A DNA stretch of 64,000 nucleotides from the human T2T-CHM13v2.0 reference genome, Homo sapiens. Numbering within the stretch: position 1 is the first letter of the stretch; each line of letters starts with the position of its first letter. The stretch lies in NCBI RefSeq assembly GCF_009914755.1, contig NC_060933.1. One strand, given 5' to 3'. Below, in pieces: positions 1 to 13,619 of the stretch. Under the pieces are notes generated by a model. The model saw only the letters and a program-made list of their open reading frames with translations. It searched no databases and had not been told where the DNA came from. The translations under genes were made by a program, and so were the position numbers.

Positions 1-365
1 GGAATGGAGTGGAATGGAATGGAATGGAATTAACCCGAATAGAATGGAATGGAATGGAATGGAACGGAATGTAATGGAATGGAATGGAATGGATTCAACC
101 CGAGTGCAGGGGAATGGAATGGAATGGAATGCAATGGAATGGAATCATCCGGAATGGAATGGAATGGAATGGAATGTAATGGAATGGAATGGAATGGAAT
201 GGGATGGAATGGAATGGAATGGAATGGAATGGGATGGAATGGAATGGTACGGAATAGAATGGAATGGAATGAAATGGAATGGAATGGAATGGAATGGAAT
301 GGAATCGAATGGAATGGAATCAACGCGAGTGCAGGGGAATGGAATGGAATGGAATGCAATGGAAT

Positions 366-380
366 GGAATCTTCCGGAAT
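366..380. promoter_or_regulatory. Canonical heat-shock element GGAATCTTCCGGAAT (nGAAn-nTTCn-nGAAn); first of 32 perfect copies counted in the window
   Basis: Seen: gGAAt cTTCc gGAAt. Established: HSF1 trimers bind three alternately inverted nGAAn units. Function at this site is inference. The full position list is in the findings. Confidence 0.6.
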
Positions 381-3300
381 GGAATTGAATGGAATGAAAT
401 GGAATTAACCCGAATAGAATGGAATGGAATGGAATGGAACGGAATGTAATGGAATGAAATGGAATGGAATCAATCCGAGTGCAGGGGAATGGAATGGAAT
501 GGAATGCAATGGAATGCAATCATCCGGAATGGAATGGAATGGAATGGAATGGAATGGAATGGAATCAAATCGATTGCAATGGAGTGGAATGGAATGGAAA
601 CGAATGGAAGGGAATGGAATGGAATGTAATCAACCCGAGTGCAGGGGAATGGAATGGAATGGAATGCAATGGAATGGAATCATCCGGAATGGATTGGAAT
701 GGAATGGAATGCAATCAACCCGATGGAATGGAATGGAGTGGAATGGAATGGAATGGAATGAAATGGAAACATCCCGAATGCAATGGAATGTAATGGAGTG
801 TAAGGGAATTGAATAGAATCAATCCGAATGTAATGGAATGGAATGGAATGAAATGGAATGGAATGGAATGGAATGGAATAAACACGAGTGCAATGGAATG
901 GATTCGAATGGAATGGAATGGAATGGAATGGATTCAACAAGAATGGAATTGAAAGGAATGGAATCAACCCGAGTGTAATGGCATGGAATGGAATGCAATG
1001 GAATGGAATGGGATGGAATAGAATGGTACGGAATAGAATGGTATGGAAGGAAATGGAATGGAATGGAATTTAATGGAATGGATTGGAATGAACCCGTGTG
1101 CAATGTAATGGAATGGAATGGAATGGATTCAACTCGAATGGAATCAACTCGATTGCAATGGAATGGAATGGAATGGAAAGGAATAGAATGGAATCAACCC
1201 GAGTGGAATGGAATGCAAAGGACTGGAATGGAGTGGAATGGAATGGAATGGAATTAACCCGAATAGAATGGAATGGAATGGAATGGAATGGAATGTAATG
1301 GAATGGAATGGAATGGATTCAACCCGAGTGCAGGGGAATGGAATGGAATGGAATTCAATGGAATGGAATCATCCGGAATGGAATCATCCGGAATTGAATG
1401 GAATGGAATGGAATGGAATCAACTCGATTTCAATGGAATGGAATGGAATAGAATGCAATGGAATTAACACGAATAGAATGGAATGGAATGGAATGGAATG
1501 GAATTAACCCGAATAGAATGGAATGGAATGGAATGGAACGGAATGGAATGGAATGGAATGGAATGGAATGGAATGGAATGGAATGGTATGGAATGGAATG
1601 GAATGGAATCAACTCGATTGTAATGGAATGGAATGGAATGGAATGGAATGGAATGGAATGGAATGGAATGGAATGGAATTAACCCGAATACAATGGAATG
1701 GAATGGAATGGAACGGAATGGAGTGGAATGGAATGTAATCAACCCGAGTGCAGGGGAATGGAATGGAATGGAATGCAATGGAATGGAATCATCCGGAATG
1801 GAATGGAATACAAAACAATGGAATCAACTCGATTGCAATGGAATGGAATGGAATGGAAATGAATAGAATGGAATCAACCCGAGTGGAATGAAATGGAAAG
1901 GACTGGAATGGAGTGGAATGGAATGGAACGGAATGGAATGGAATCAACTCGATTGGAATGGAGTGGAATGGAAGTTGAATGGAATGGAATGGAATGGAAT
2001 GGAATGGAATGGAATGGAATTAACCCGAATAGAAAGGAATGGAATGGAATGGAATGGAACGGAACGGAATGGAGTGGAATGGAATGGAATGGAATGGAAT
2101 GGAATTAACCCGAATAGAAAGGAATGGAATGGAATGGAATGGAACGGAACGGAATGGAGTGGAATGGAATGGAATGGAATGGAATGGAATCAACCCGACT
2201 GCACGGGAATGGAATGGAATGGAATGAAATGGAATGGAATCATCCGGAACGTAATGGAATGGAATTGAATGGAATCAACTCGATTGCAATGGAATGGAAT
2301 GGAATGGAATGGAATGGAGTGGAATGGAATGGAATTAACCCGAATAGAATGGAATGGAATGGAATGGAAAGGAATGGAAGGGAATGGAATGGAATGTAAT
2401 CAACCCGAGTGCAGGGGAATGGAATGGAATTGAATGCAATGGAATGGAATCATCCGGAATGGAATGGAATGGAATGGAATGGAATGGAATGGAATGATCC
2501 CGATGCAATGGAATGGAATGGAATGGAATAGAATGGAATGGAAACATCCCGAATGGAATGGAATGTAATGGAGTGTAAGGCAATTGAATAGAATCAATCC
2601 GAATGTAATGGAATGGAATGGAACGGAATGGAATGGAATGGAATGGAATGGAATGCAATGGAATGGAATCAACACGAGTGCAATCGAATGGAATCAAATG
2701 GAATGGAATGCAATGGAATGGATTCAACTTGAATGGAATGGAAAGAATGGAATCAACACGAGTGAAATGGCATGGAATGGAATGGAATGGAATGGAATCA
2801 ACCCGAGTACAGGGGAATGGAATGGAATGCAATGCAATGGAATGGAATCATCCGTAATGGAATGGAACGGAATGGAATGGAATGGAATGGAATGGAATGG
2901 AATGGAATGGAATCAACTCGATTGCAATCGAATGGAATGGAATGGAATTAACCCGAATAGAATGGAATGGAATGGAATGGAACGTAACGGAATGCAATGG
3001 AATGGAATGCAATGGAATGGAATGGAACGGAACGGAATGGAATGGAATGGAATGGAATGGAATCAACACGAGTAGAATGGAATGGAATGGAATGGAACGG
3101 AATGGAACGGAATGGAATGGAATGCAATGGAATGGAATGGAATGGAATGGAATGGAATGGAGCGGAACGGAATGGAAAGGAATGGAAAGGAATGGAATTG
3201 AAAGGAATAAACGCGAATGCAGGGGAATGGAATGGAATGGAATGCAATGGAATGGAATCTTCCGGAATGGAATGGAATGGAATGGAATGGAATGGAATGG

Positions 3301-6249
3301 AATGCAGTGGATTCAACTCGATTGCAATGGAATGGAATAGAATGGAATGGAATGGAATGGAATGGAATTAAACCGAATAGAATGGAATGGAATGGAATGG
3401 AACGGAACGGAACGGAACGGAATGGAATGGAATGGAATGGAATGGAATTGTATGGAATGGAATGGAATGATACGGAATAGAATGGAAAGGAAATAATTGG
3501 CATGGAATGGAATTGAATGGAATGGAATGGAATGGAATGGAATCAACCCGAGTGCAGGGGAATGTAAAGGAACGGAATGCAATGGAATGGAATCATCCGG
3601 AATGGAATGGAATGGAATGGAATGGAATGGAATGGAATGGATTGGAATGGAATCAACCCGAGTGCAATGGAATGGAGTGGAATGGAATGGAATGGAATGC
3701 AATGGAATGGAATCAATTCGAGTACAATGGAATGGAATGGAATGGAATGGAATGGAATGGAATGGAATAGAATGGAATGGAATGGAATCAACCCGAGTGC
3801 AATGGAATGGAGAGGAATGGAATGGAATGGAATGGAAACTACCCGAATGGAATGGAATGTAATGGAGTGTAAGGGAATTGAATAGAATCAATCCGAATGG
3901 AATGAAATGTAATGGATTGTAAGGGAATTGAATAGAATCAATCCGAATGGAATGGAATGGAATGGAACGGAATGTAATGTAATGGAATGGAATCGAATCA
4001 ACCCGAGTGCAGGGGAATGGAATGGAATGGAATGCAATGGAATGGAATCATCCGGAATGGAATGGAATGGAATGCAATGGAATGGAATGGAATGCAATCA
4101 ACCCGAGTGCAATGGAATGGAGTGAAATGGAATGGAATGGAAGTGAAACAACCAGAATGGATTGGAATATAATAGAGTGTAAGGGAATTGAATAGAATCA
4201 ATCTGAATGTAATGAAATGGAATGGAACGCAATGGAATGGAATGGAATGGAATGGAATGGAATGGAATGCAATGGAATGGAATCAACCCGAGTGCAATCG
4301 AATGGAATCGAATGGAATGGAATGCAATGGAATGGATTCAACTTGAATGGAATGGAAAGAATGGAATCAACACGAGTGGAATGGCATGGATTGGAATGGA
4401 ATGGAATGGAATCAACCCGAGTACAGAGGAATGGAATGGAATGGAATGCAATGGAATGGAATCATCCGTAATGGAATGGAAAGGAATGGAATGGAATGGA
4501 ATGGAATGGAATGGAATCAACTCGATTGCAATCGAATGGAATGGAATGGAATTAACCCGAATAGAATGGAATGGAATGGAATAGAATGGAACGGAACGGA
4601 ACGGAATGGAATGGAATGGAATGGAATGGAACGGAACGGAACGGAATGGAATGGAATGGAATGGAATGGAATGGAATGGAATGGAACGGAAAGGAATGGA
4701 ATGGAATGGAATGGAATGGAATGGAAAGGAATGGTATGGAATGGAATGGAATGGTACGGAATAGAATGGAATGGAAGGAATTGGAATGGAATGGAATCGA
4801 ATGGAATGGAATGGAATCAGCGCGAGTGCAGGGGAATGTAATAGAACGGAATGCAATGGAATGGAATCATCCGGAATAGAATGGAATGGAATGGAATGGA
4901 ATGGAATCAACCCGAGTGCAATGGAATGGAGTGGAATGGAATGGAATGGAATGGAACAACCCGAATGGAATGGAATGTAATGGAGAGTAAGGGAGTTGAA
5001 TAGAATCAATCCGAATGTAATGGAATGGAATGGAACGGAATGGAATTGAAGAGAATGGAATGGAATGCAATGGAATGGAATCATCCGTAATGGAATGGAA
5101 AGGAATGGAATGGAATGGAATGGAATGGAATGGAATGGAATGGAATCAACTCGATTGCAATCGAATGGAATGGAATGGAATTAACCCGAATAGAATGGAA
5201 TGGAATGGAATGGAACGGAACGGAATGGAATGGAATGGAATGGAATGGAATGGAATGGAACGGAAAGGAATGGAATGGAATGGAGTGGAATGGAATGGAA
5301 TGGAATGGAATCAACGCGAGTGCAGGGGAATGGATTGGAATGGAATGCAATGGAATGGAATCTTCCGTAATGGAATGGAATAGAATGGAATAGAATGGAA
5401 TCAACCCGACTGGAATGGAATGGAGTGGAATGGAATGGAATGGAATGGAACAACCCGAATGGAATGGAATGGAATGGAGAGTAAGGGAGTTGAATAGAAT
5501 CAATCCGAATGTAATGGAATGGTATGGAACGGAATGGAATTGAATGGAATGGAATGGAATGGAATGGAATGGAATGCAATGGAATGGAATCAAACCGAGT
5601 GCAATCGAATGGAATCGAATGGAATGGAATGCAATGGAATGGATTCAACTTGAATGGAATGGAAAGAATGGACTCAACACAAGTGGAATGGCATGGATTG
5701 GAATGGAATGGAATGGAATCAACCCGAGTACAGGGGAATGGAATGGAATGGAATGCAATGGAATGGAATCATCCGTAATGGAATGGAAAGGAATGGAATG
5801 GAATGGAATGGAATGGAATGGAATGCAATGGAATCAACTCGATTGCAATCGAATGGAATGGAATGGAATTAACCCGAATAGAATGGAATGGAATGGAATG
5901 GAACGTAACGGCATGGAATGGAATGGAATGGAATGGAATGGAATGGAATGGAACGGAACAGAATGGAATGGAAAGGAATGGAATGGAATGGAATGGAATG
6001 GAATCAACGCGAGTGCAGGGGAATGGAATGCAATGGAATGCAATGGAATGGAATCTTCCGGAATGGAATGGAATGGAATGGAATGAAATGCAATGGATTC
6101 AACTCGATTACAATGGAATGGAATAGAATGGAATGGAATGGAATGGAATGAACCCGAATAGAATGGAATGGAATGGAATGGAACGGAATGGAACAGAACG
6201 GAACGGAACGGAATGGAATGGAATGGAATGGAATGGAATGGAATGGAAT

Positions 6250-6940
6250 GGAATGGAATCAACTCGATTGTAATGGAATGGAATGGAATGGAGTGGAATG
6301 CAATGGAATGGAATGGAATTAACCCGAATACAATGGAATGGAATGGAATGGAATGGAATGGAGTGGAATGGAATGGAATCAACCCGAGTGCAGGGGAACG
6401 GAATGGAATGGAATCCAATGGAATGGAATCATCCGGAATGGAATGGAATGGAATGGAATGCAAAACAATTCAATCAACTCGATTGCAATGGAATGGAATG
6501 GAATGTATATGAATAGAATGGAATCAACCCGAGTGGAATGGAATGGAAAGGACTGGAATGGAGTGGAATGGAATGGAACGGAATGGAATGGAATCAACTC
6601 GATTGTAATGGAATGGAATGGAATAGAGTGGAATGGAATGGAATGGAATGGAATTAACCCGAATACAATGGAATGGAATGGAATGGAATGGAATGGAGTC
6701 GAATGGAATGGAATCAACCCGAGTGCAGGGGAACGGAATGGAATGGAATGCAATGGAATGGAATCATCCGGAATGGAATGGAATGGAATGGAATGCAAAA
6801 CAATTCAATCAACTCGATTGCAATGGAATGGAATGGAATGTATATGAATAGAATGGAATCAACCCGAGTGGAATGGAATGGAAAGGACTGGAATGGAGTG
6901 GAATGGAATGGAACGGAATGGAATGGAATCAACTCGATTG
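6250..6940 (+). repeat. 335-bp tandem duplication
   Basis: Private markers CAAAACAATTCAATCAACTC at 6461/6796 and GAATGTATATGAATAG at 6501/6836; ORFs 6338/6673 offset 335. Confidence 0.9.
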
Positions 6941-8789
6941 GAATGGAGTGCAATGGAATTTGAATGGAATGGAATGGAATGGAATGGAATGGAATGGAAT
7001 TTACCCGAATAGAATGGAATGGAATGGAATGGAATGGAATGGAATGGAACGGAATGGAATGGAATGGAATGGAATGGAATGGAATGGAATCAACCCGATT
7101 GCACGGGAATTGAATGGAATGGAATGCAATGGAATGGAATCATCCGGAACGGAATGGAATGGAATGGAATGGAATCAACTCGATTGCAATGGAATGGAAT
7201 GGAATGGAATGGAATGGAATGGAATGGAATGGAATGGAGTGGAATGGAATGGAATTAACACGAATAGAATGGAATGGAATGGAATGGAAAGGAATGGAAG
7301 GGAATGGAATTGAATGTAATCAACCCGAGTGCAGGGGAATGGAATGGAATTCAATGCAATGGAATGGAATCATCCGGAATGGAATGGAATGGAATGGAAT
7401 TTAATGGAATGGAATCAACTCGATTTCAATGGAATGGAATGGAATAGAATGGAATGGAATTAACACGAACAGAATGGAATGGAATGGAATGGAATGGAAC
7501 GGAAAGGAATGGAATGGAATGGAATGGAATCAACCCAAGTGCAGGGGAATGGAATGGAATGGAATTCAATGGAATGGAATCATCCGGAATGGAATGGAAT
7601 GGAATGGAATGGAACGGAATGGAACGGAACGGAATGGAATGGAATGGAATGGAATGGAATGGAATGGAATGGTATGGAATGGAATGGAATGAACCCGTGT
7701 GCAATGTAATGGAATGGAATGGAATGGATTCAACTCGAATGGAATCAACTCGATTGCAATGGAATGGAATGGAATGGAAAGGAATAGAATGGAATCAACC
7801 CGAGTGGAATGGAATGGAAAGGACTGGAATGGAGTGGAATGGAATGGAATGGAATTAACACGAATAGAATGGAATGGAATGGAATGGAACGGAATGGAAT
7901 GGAATGGAATGGAATGGATTCAACCCGAGTGCAGGGGAATGGAATGGAATGGAATGCAATGGAATGGAATCATCCGGAATGGAATGGAATGGAATGGAAT
8001 GGAATGGAATGGAATGGAATGGGATGGAATGGAATGGAATGGAATGGAATGGGATGGAATGGAATGGTACGGAATAGAATGGAATGGAATGAAATGGAAT
8101 GGAATGGAATGGAATGGAATGGAATGGAATGGAATGGAATGGAATGGAATCAACTCGATTGCAATGGAATGGAATGGAATGGCATGGAATGGAATGGAAT
8201 GGAATGGAATTGAATGGAATGAAATGGAATTAACCCGAATAGAATGGAATGGAATGGAATGGAACGGAATGTAATGGAATGAAATGGAATGGAATCAATC
8301 CGAGTGCAGGGGAATGGAATGGAATGGAATGCAATGGAATGCAATCATCCGGAATGGAATGGAATGGAATGGAATGGAATGGAATGGAATCAACTCGATT
8401 GCAATGGAGTGGAATGGAATGGAAACGAATGGAAGGGAATGGAATGGAATGTAATCAACCCGAGTGCAGGGGAATGGAATGGAATGGAATGCAATGGAAT
8501 GGAATCATCCGGAATGGATTGGAATGGAATGGAATGCAATCAACACGATGGAATGGAATGGAGTGGAATGGAATGGAATGGAATGAAATGGAAACATCCC
8601 GAATGCAATGGAATGTAATGGAGTGTAAGGGAATTGAATAGAATCAATCCGAATGTAATGGAATGGAATGCAATGAAATGGAATGGAATGGAATGGAATG
8701 GAATAAACCCGAGTGCAATGGAATGGATTCGAATGGAATGGAATGGAATGGAATGGATTCAACAAGAATGGAATTGAAAGGAATGGAAT

Positions 8790-11700
8790 CAACCCGAGTG
8801 TAATGGCATGGAATGGAATGCAATGGAATGGAATGGGATGGAATAGAATGGTACGGAATAGAATGGTATGGAAGGAAATGGAATGGAATGGAATTTAATG
8901 GAATGGAATGGAATGAACCCGTGTGCAATGTAATGGAATGGAATGGAATGGAAAGGAATAGAATGGAATCAACCCGAGTGGAATGGAATGCAAAGGACTG
9001 GAATGGAGTGGAATGGAATGGAATGGAATTAACCCGAATAGAATGGAATGGAATGGAATGGAACGGAATGTAATGGAATGGAATGGAATGGATTCAACCC
9101 GAGTGCAGGTGAATGGAATTGAATGGAATTCAATGGAATGGAATCATCCGGAATGGAATGGAATGGAATGGAATGGAATCAACTCGATTTCAATGGAATG
9201 GAATGGAATAGAATGGAATGGAATTAACACGAATAGAATGGAATGGAATGGAATGGAATGGAATTAACCCGAATAGAATGGAATGGAATGGAATGGAACG
9301 GAATGGAATGGAATGGAATGGAATGGAATGGAATGGAATGTTATGGAATGCAATGGAATGGAATCAACTCGATTGTAATGGAACGGAATGGAATGGAATG
9401 GAATGGAATGGAATGGAATGGAATTAACCCGAATACAATGGAATGGAATGGAATGGAACGGAATGGAGTGGAATGGAATGTAATCAACCCGAGTGCAGGG
9501 GAATGGAATGGAATGGAATGCAATGGAATGGAATCATCCGGAATGGAATGGAATGCAAAACAATGGAATCAACTCGATTGCAATGGAATGGAATGGAATG
9601 GAAATGAATAGAATGGAATCAACCCGAGTGGAATGGAATGGAAAGGACTGGAATGGAGTGGAATGGAATGGAATGGAATGGAATGGAATCAACTCGATTG
9701 GAATGGAGTGGAATGGAAGTTGAATGGAATGGAATGGAATGGAATGGAATGGAATGGAATGGAATTAACCCGAATAGAAAGGAATGGAATGGAATGGAAT
9801 GGAACGGAACGGAATGGAGTGGAATGGAATGGAATGGAATGGAATCAACCCGACTGCACGGGAATGGAATGGAATGGAATGAAATGGAATGGAATCATCC
9901 GGAACGGAATGGAATGGAATGGAATGGAATCAACTCGATTGCAATGGAATGGAATGGAATGGAATGGAATGGAATGGAATGGAGTGGAATGGAATGGAAT
10001 TAACCCGAATAGAATGGAATAGAATGGAATGGAAATGAATGGTAGGGAATGGAATGGAGTGTAATCAACCCGAGTGCAGGGGAATGGAATGGAATTGAAT
10101 GCAATGGAATGGAATCATCCGGAATGGAATGGAATGGAATGGAATGGAATGATCCCGATGCAATGGAATGGAATGGAATGGAATGGAATGGAATGGAATG
10201 GAATGAACCCGTGTGCAATGTAATGGAATGGAATGGAATGGAATGGATTCAACTCGAAAGGAATCAACTCGACTGCAATGGAATGGATGGAATGGAAAGG
10301 AATCGAATGGAATCAACTCGAGTGGAATGGAATGGAAAGGACTGGAATGCAGTGGAATGGAATGGAATGGAATGGAATCAAATCGATTGGAATGGAATGG
10401 AATGGAATGGAATGGAATGGAATGGAATGGAATGGAATCAACTCGATTGGAATGGAATGGAATGGAAAGGAATGGAATTAACCCGAGTGTAATGGCATGG
10501 AATGGAATGCAATGGAATGGAATGGGATGGAATAGAATGGTACGGAATAGAATAGTATGGAAGGAAATGGAATGGAATGCAATTTAATGGAATGGAATGG
10601 AATGAACCCGTGTGCAATGTAATGGAATGGAATGGAATGGATTCAACTCGAATGGAATCAACTCGATTGCAATGCAATGGAATGGAATGGAAAGGAATAG
10701 AATGGAATCAACCCGAGTGGAATGGAATGCAAAGGACTGGAATGGAGTGGAATGGAATTGAATGGAATTAACCCGAATAGAATGGAATGGAATGGAATGG
10801 AACAGAATGTAATGGAATGGAATGGAATGGATTCAACCCGAGTGCAGGGGAATGGAATGGAATGGAATTCAATGGAATGGAATCATCCGGAATGGAATGG
10901 AATACAATGGAATGGAATCAACTCGATTTCAATGGAATGGAATGGAATAGAATGGAATGGAATTAACACGAATAGAATGGAATGGAATGGAATGGAATGG
11001 AATTAACCCGAATAGAATGGAATGGAATGGAATGGAACGGAATGCAATGGAATGGAATGGAATGGAATGGAATGGAATGGAATGGAATGGTATGGAATGG
11101 AATGGAATGGAATGGAATCCACTCGATTGTAATGGAATGGAATGGAATGGAATGGAATGGAATGGAATGGAATGGAATGGAATGGAATGGAATTAACCCG
11201 AATACAATGGAATGGAATGGAATGGAACGGAATGGAGTGGAATGGAATGTAATCAACCCGAGTGCAGGGGAATGGAATGGAATGGAATGCAATGGAATGG
11301 AATCATCCGCAATGGAATGGAATGCAAAACAATGGAATCAACTCGATTGCAATGGAATGGAATGGAATGGAAATGAATAGAATGGAATCAACCCGAGTGG
11401 AATGGAATGGAAAGGACTGGAATGGAGTGGAATGGAATGGAATGGAATGGAATGGAATCAACTCGATTGGAATGGAGTGGAATGGAAGTTGAATGGAATG
11501 GAATGGAATGGAATGGAATGGAATTAACCCGAATAGAAAGGAATGGAATGGAATGGAATGGAACGGAACGGAATGGAGTGCAATGGAATGGAATGGAATG
11601 GAATCAACCCGACTGCACGGGAATGGAATGGAATGGAATGAAATGGAATGGAATCATCCGGAACGGAATGGAATGGAATTGAATGGAATCAACTCGATTG

Positions 11701-11920
11701 CAATGGAATGGAATAGAATGGAATGGAATGGAATGGAATGGAGTGGAATGGAATGGAATTAACCCGAATAGAATGGAATGGAATGGAATGGAAATGAATG
11801 GAAGGGAATGGAATGGAATGTAATCAACCCGAGTGCAGGGGAATGGAATGGAATTGAATGCAATGGAATGGAATCATCCGGAATGGAATGGAATGGAATG
11901 GAATGGAATGATCCCGATGC
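8790..11920 (+). repeat. ~1.75-kb near-tandem duplication (~8790-10170 vs ~10480-11920)
   Basis: ORFs 8983/10722 and 9218/10957 (+1739), 9493/11262 and 9638/11407 (+1769); shared GGTATGGAAGGAAAT-like, GCAAAGGACT and GGAAGTTGAAT variants. Confidence 0.8.
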
Positions 11921-13619
11921 AATGGAATGGAATGGAATGGAATAGAATGGAATGGAAACATCCCGAATGGAATGGAATGTAATGGAGTGTAAGGGAGTTG
12001 AATAGAATCAGTCCGAATGAAATGGAAGGGAATGGAATGAAATGGAATGGAATGGAATGGAATGGAATCAAACCGAGTGCAATGGAATGGATTCGAATGG
12101 AATGGAATGGATTCGAATATAATGGAATGGAATGGAATGGATTCAACAAGAATGGAATGGAAAGGAATGGAATCAACCCGAGTGTAATGGCATGGAATGG
12201 AATGGAATGGAATGGGATGGAATGGAATGGTACGGAATAGAATGGAATGGAATGAAATGGAATGGAATGGAATGGAATGGAATGGAATGGAATGAACCCG
12301 TGTGCAATGTAATGGAATGGAAAGGAATGGAATGGATTCAACTCAAAAGGAATCAACTCGATTGCAATGGCATGGAATGGAATGGAAAGGAATAGAATGG
12401 AATCAACCCGAGTGGAATGGAATGGAAAGGACTGGAATGGAGTGGAATGGAATGGAATGGAATGGAATCAAATCGATTGGAATGGAATGGAATGGAATGG
12501 AATGGAATCAACTCGATTGCAATGGAATGGAATGGAATGGAATTTTAATGGAATGGAATGGAATTAACCCGAATAGAATGGAATGGAATGGAATGGAACG
12601 GAATGTAATGGAATGAAATGGAATGGAATCAACCCGAGTGCAGGGGAATGAAATGGAATGGAATGCAATGGAATGCAAACATCCCGAATGGAATGGAATG
12701 TAATGGAATGTAAGGGAATTGAAGAGAATCAATCCGAATGTAATGGAATGGAATGGAATGAAATGGAATGGAATGGAATGGAATGGAATCAACCCGAGTG
12801 CAATGGAATGGATTCGAATGGAATGGAATGGAATGGAATGGAATGGAATGGAATGGAATGGAATGGAATCAACCCGAGTGCAATGGCATGGAGAGGAATG
12901 GAATGGAATGGAATGGAAACTACCCGAATGGAATGGAATGTAATGGAGTGTAAGGGAATTGAATAGAATCAATCCGAATGTAATGGAATGGAATGGAACG
13001 GAATGGAATGGAATGGAATGGAATGGAATGGAATGCAATGGAATGGAATCAACCCGAGTGCAATCGAATGGAATCGAATGGAATGGAATGCAATGGAATG
13101 GATTCAACTTGAATGGAATGGAAAGAATGGAATCAACACGAGTGGAATGGCATGGAATGGAATGGAATGAAATGGAATCAACCCGAGTACAGGGGAATGG
13201 AATGGAATGGAATGCAATGGAATGGAATCATCCGTAATGGAATGGAATGGAATGGAATGGAATGGAATGGAATGGAATGGAATGGAATCAACTCGATTGC
13301 AATCGAATGGAATGGAATGGAATTAACCCGAATAGAATGGAATGGAATGGAAAGGAACGTAACGGAACGGAATGGAATGGAATGGAATGGAACGGAAAGG
13401 AACGGAATGGAATGGAATGGAATGGAATGGAATGCAATCAACGCGAGTGCAGGGGAATGGAATGGAATGGATTGCAATGGAATGGAATCTTCCGGAATGG
13501 AATGGAATGGAATGGAATGGAATGGAATGCAATGGATTCAACTCGATTGCAATGGAATGGAATAGATTGGAATGGAATGGAATGGAATGGAATTAATTCG
13601 AATAGAATGGAATGGAATG

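Larger units (their letters stand above)
1..10170 (+). repeat. Diverged ~7.8-kb-offset duplication: ~1-2500 repeated at ~7830-10170
   Basis: Near-identical ORFs 424/8249, 464/8289, 680/8505, 819/8644, 888/8713 and 988/8813 (all +7825), drifting to +7775/+7745 (1208/8983, 1893/9638). Confidence 0.82.
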
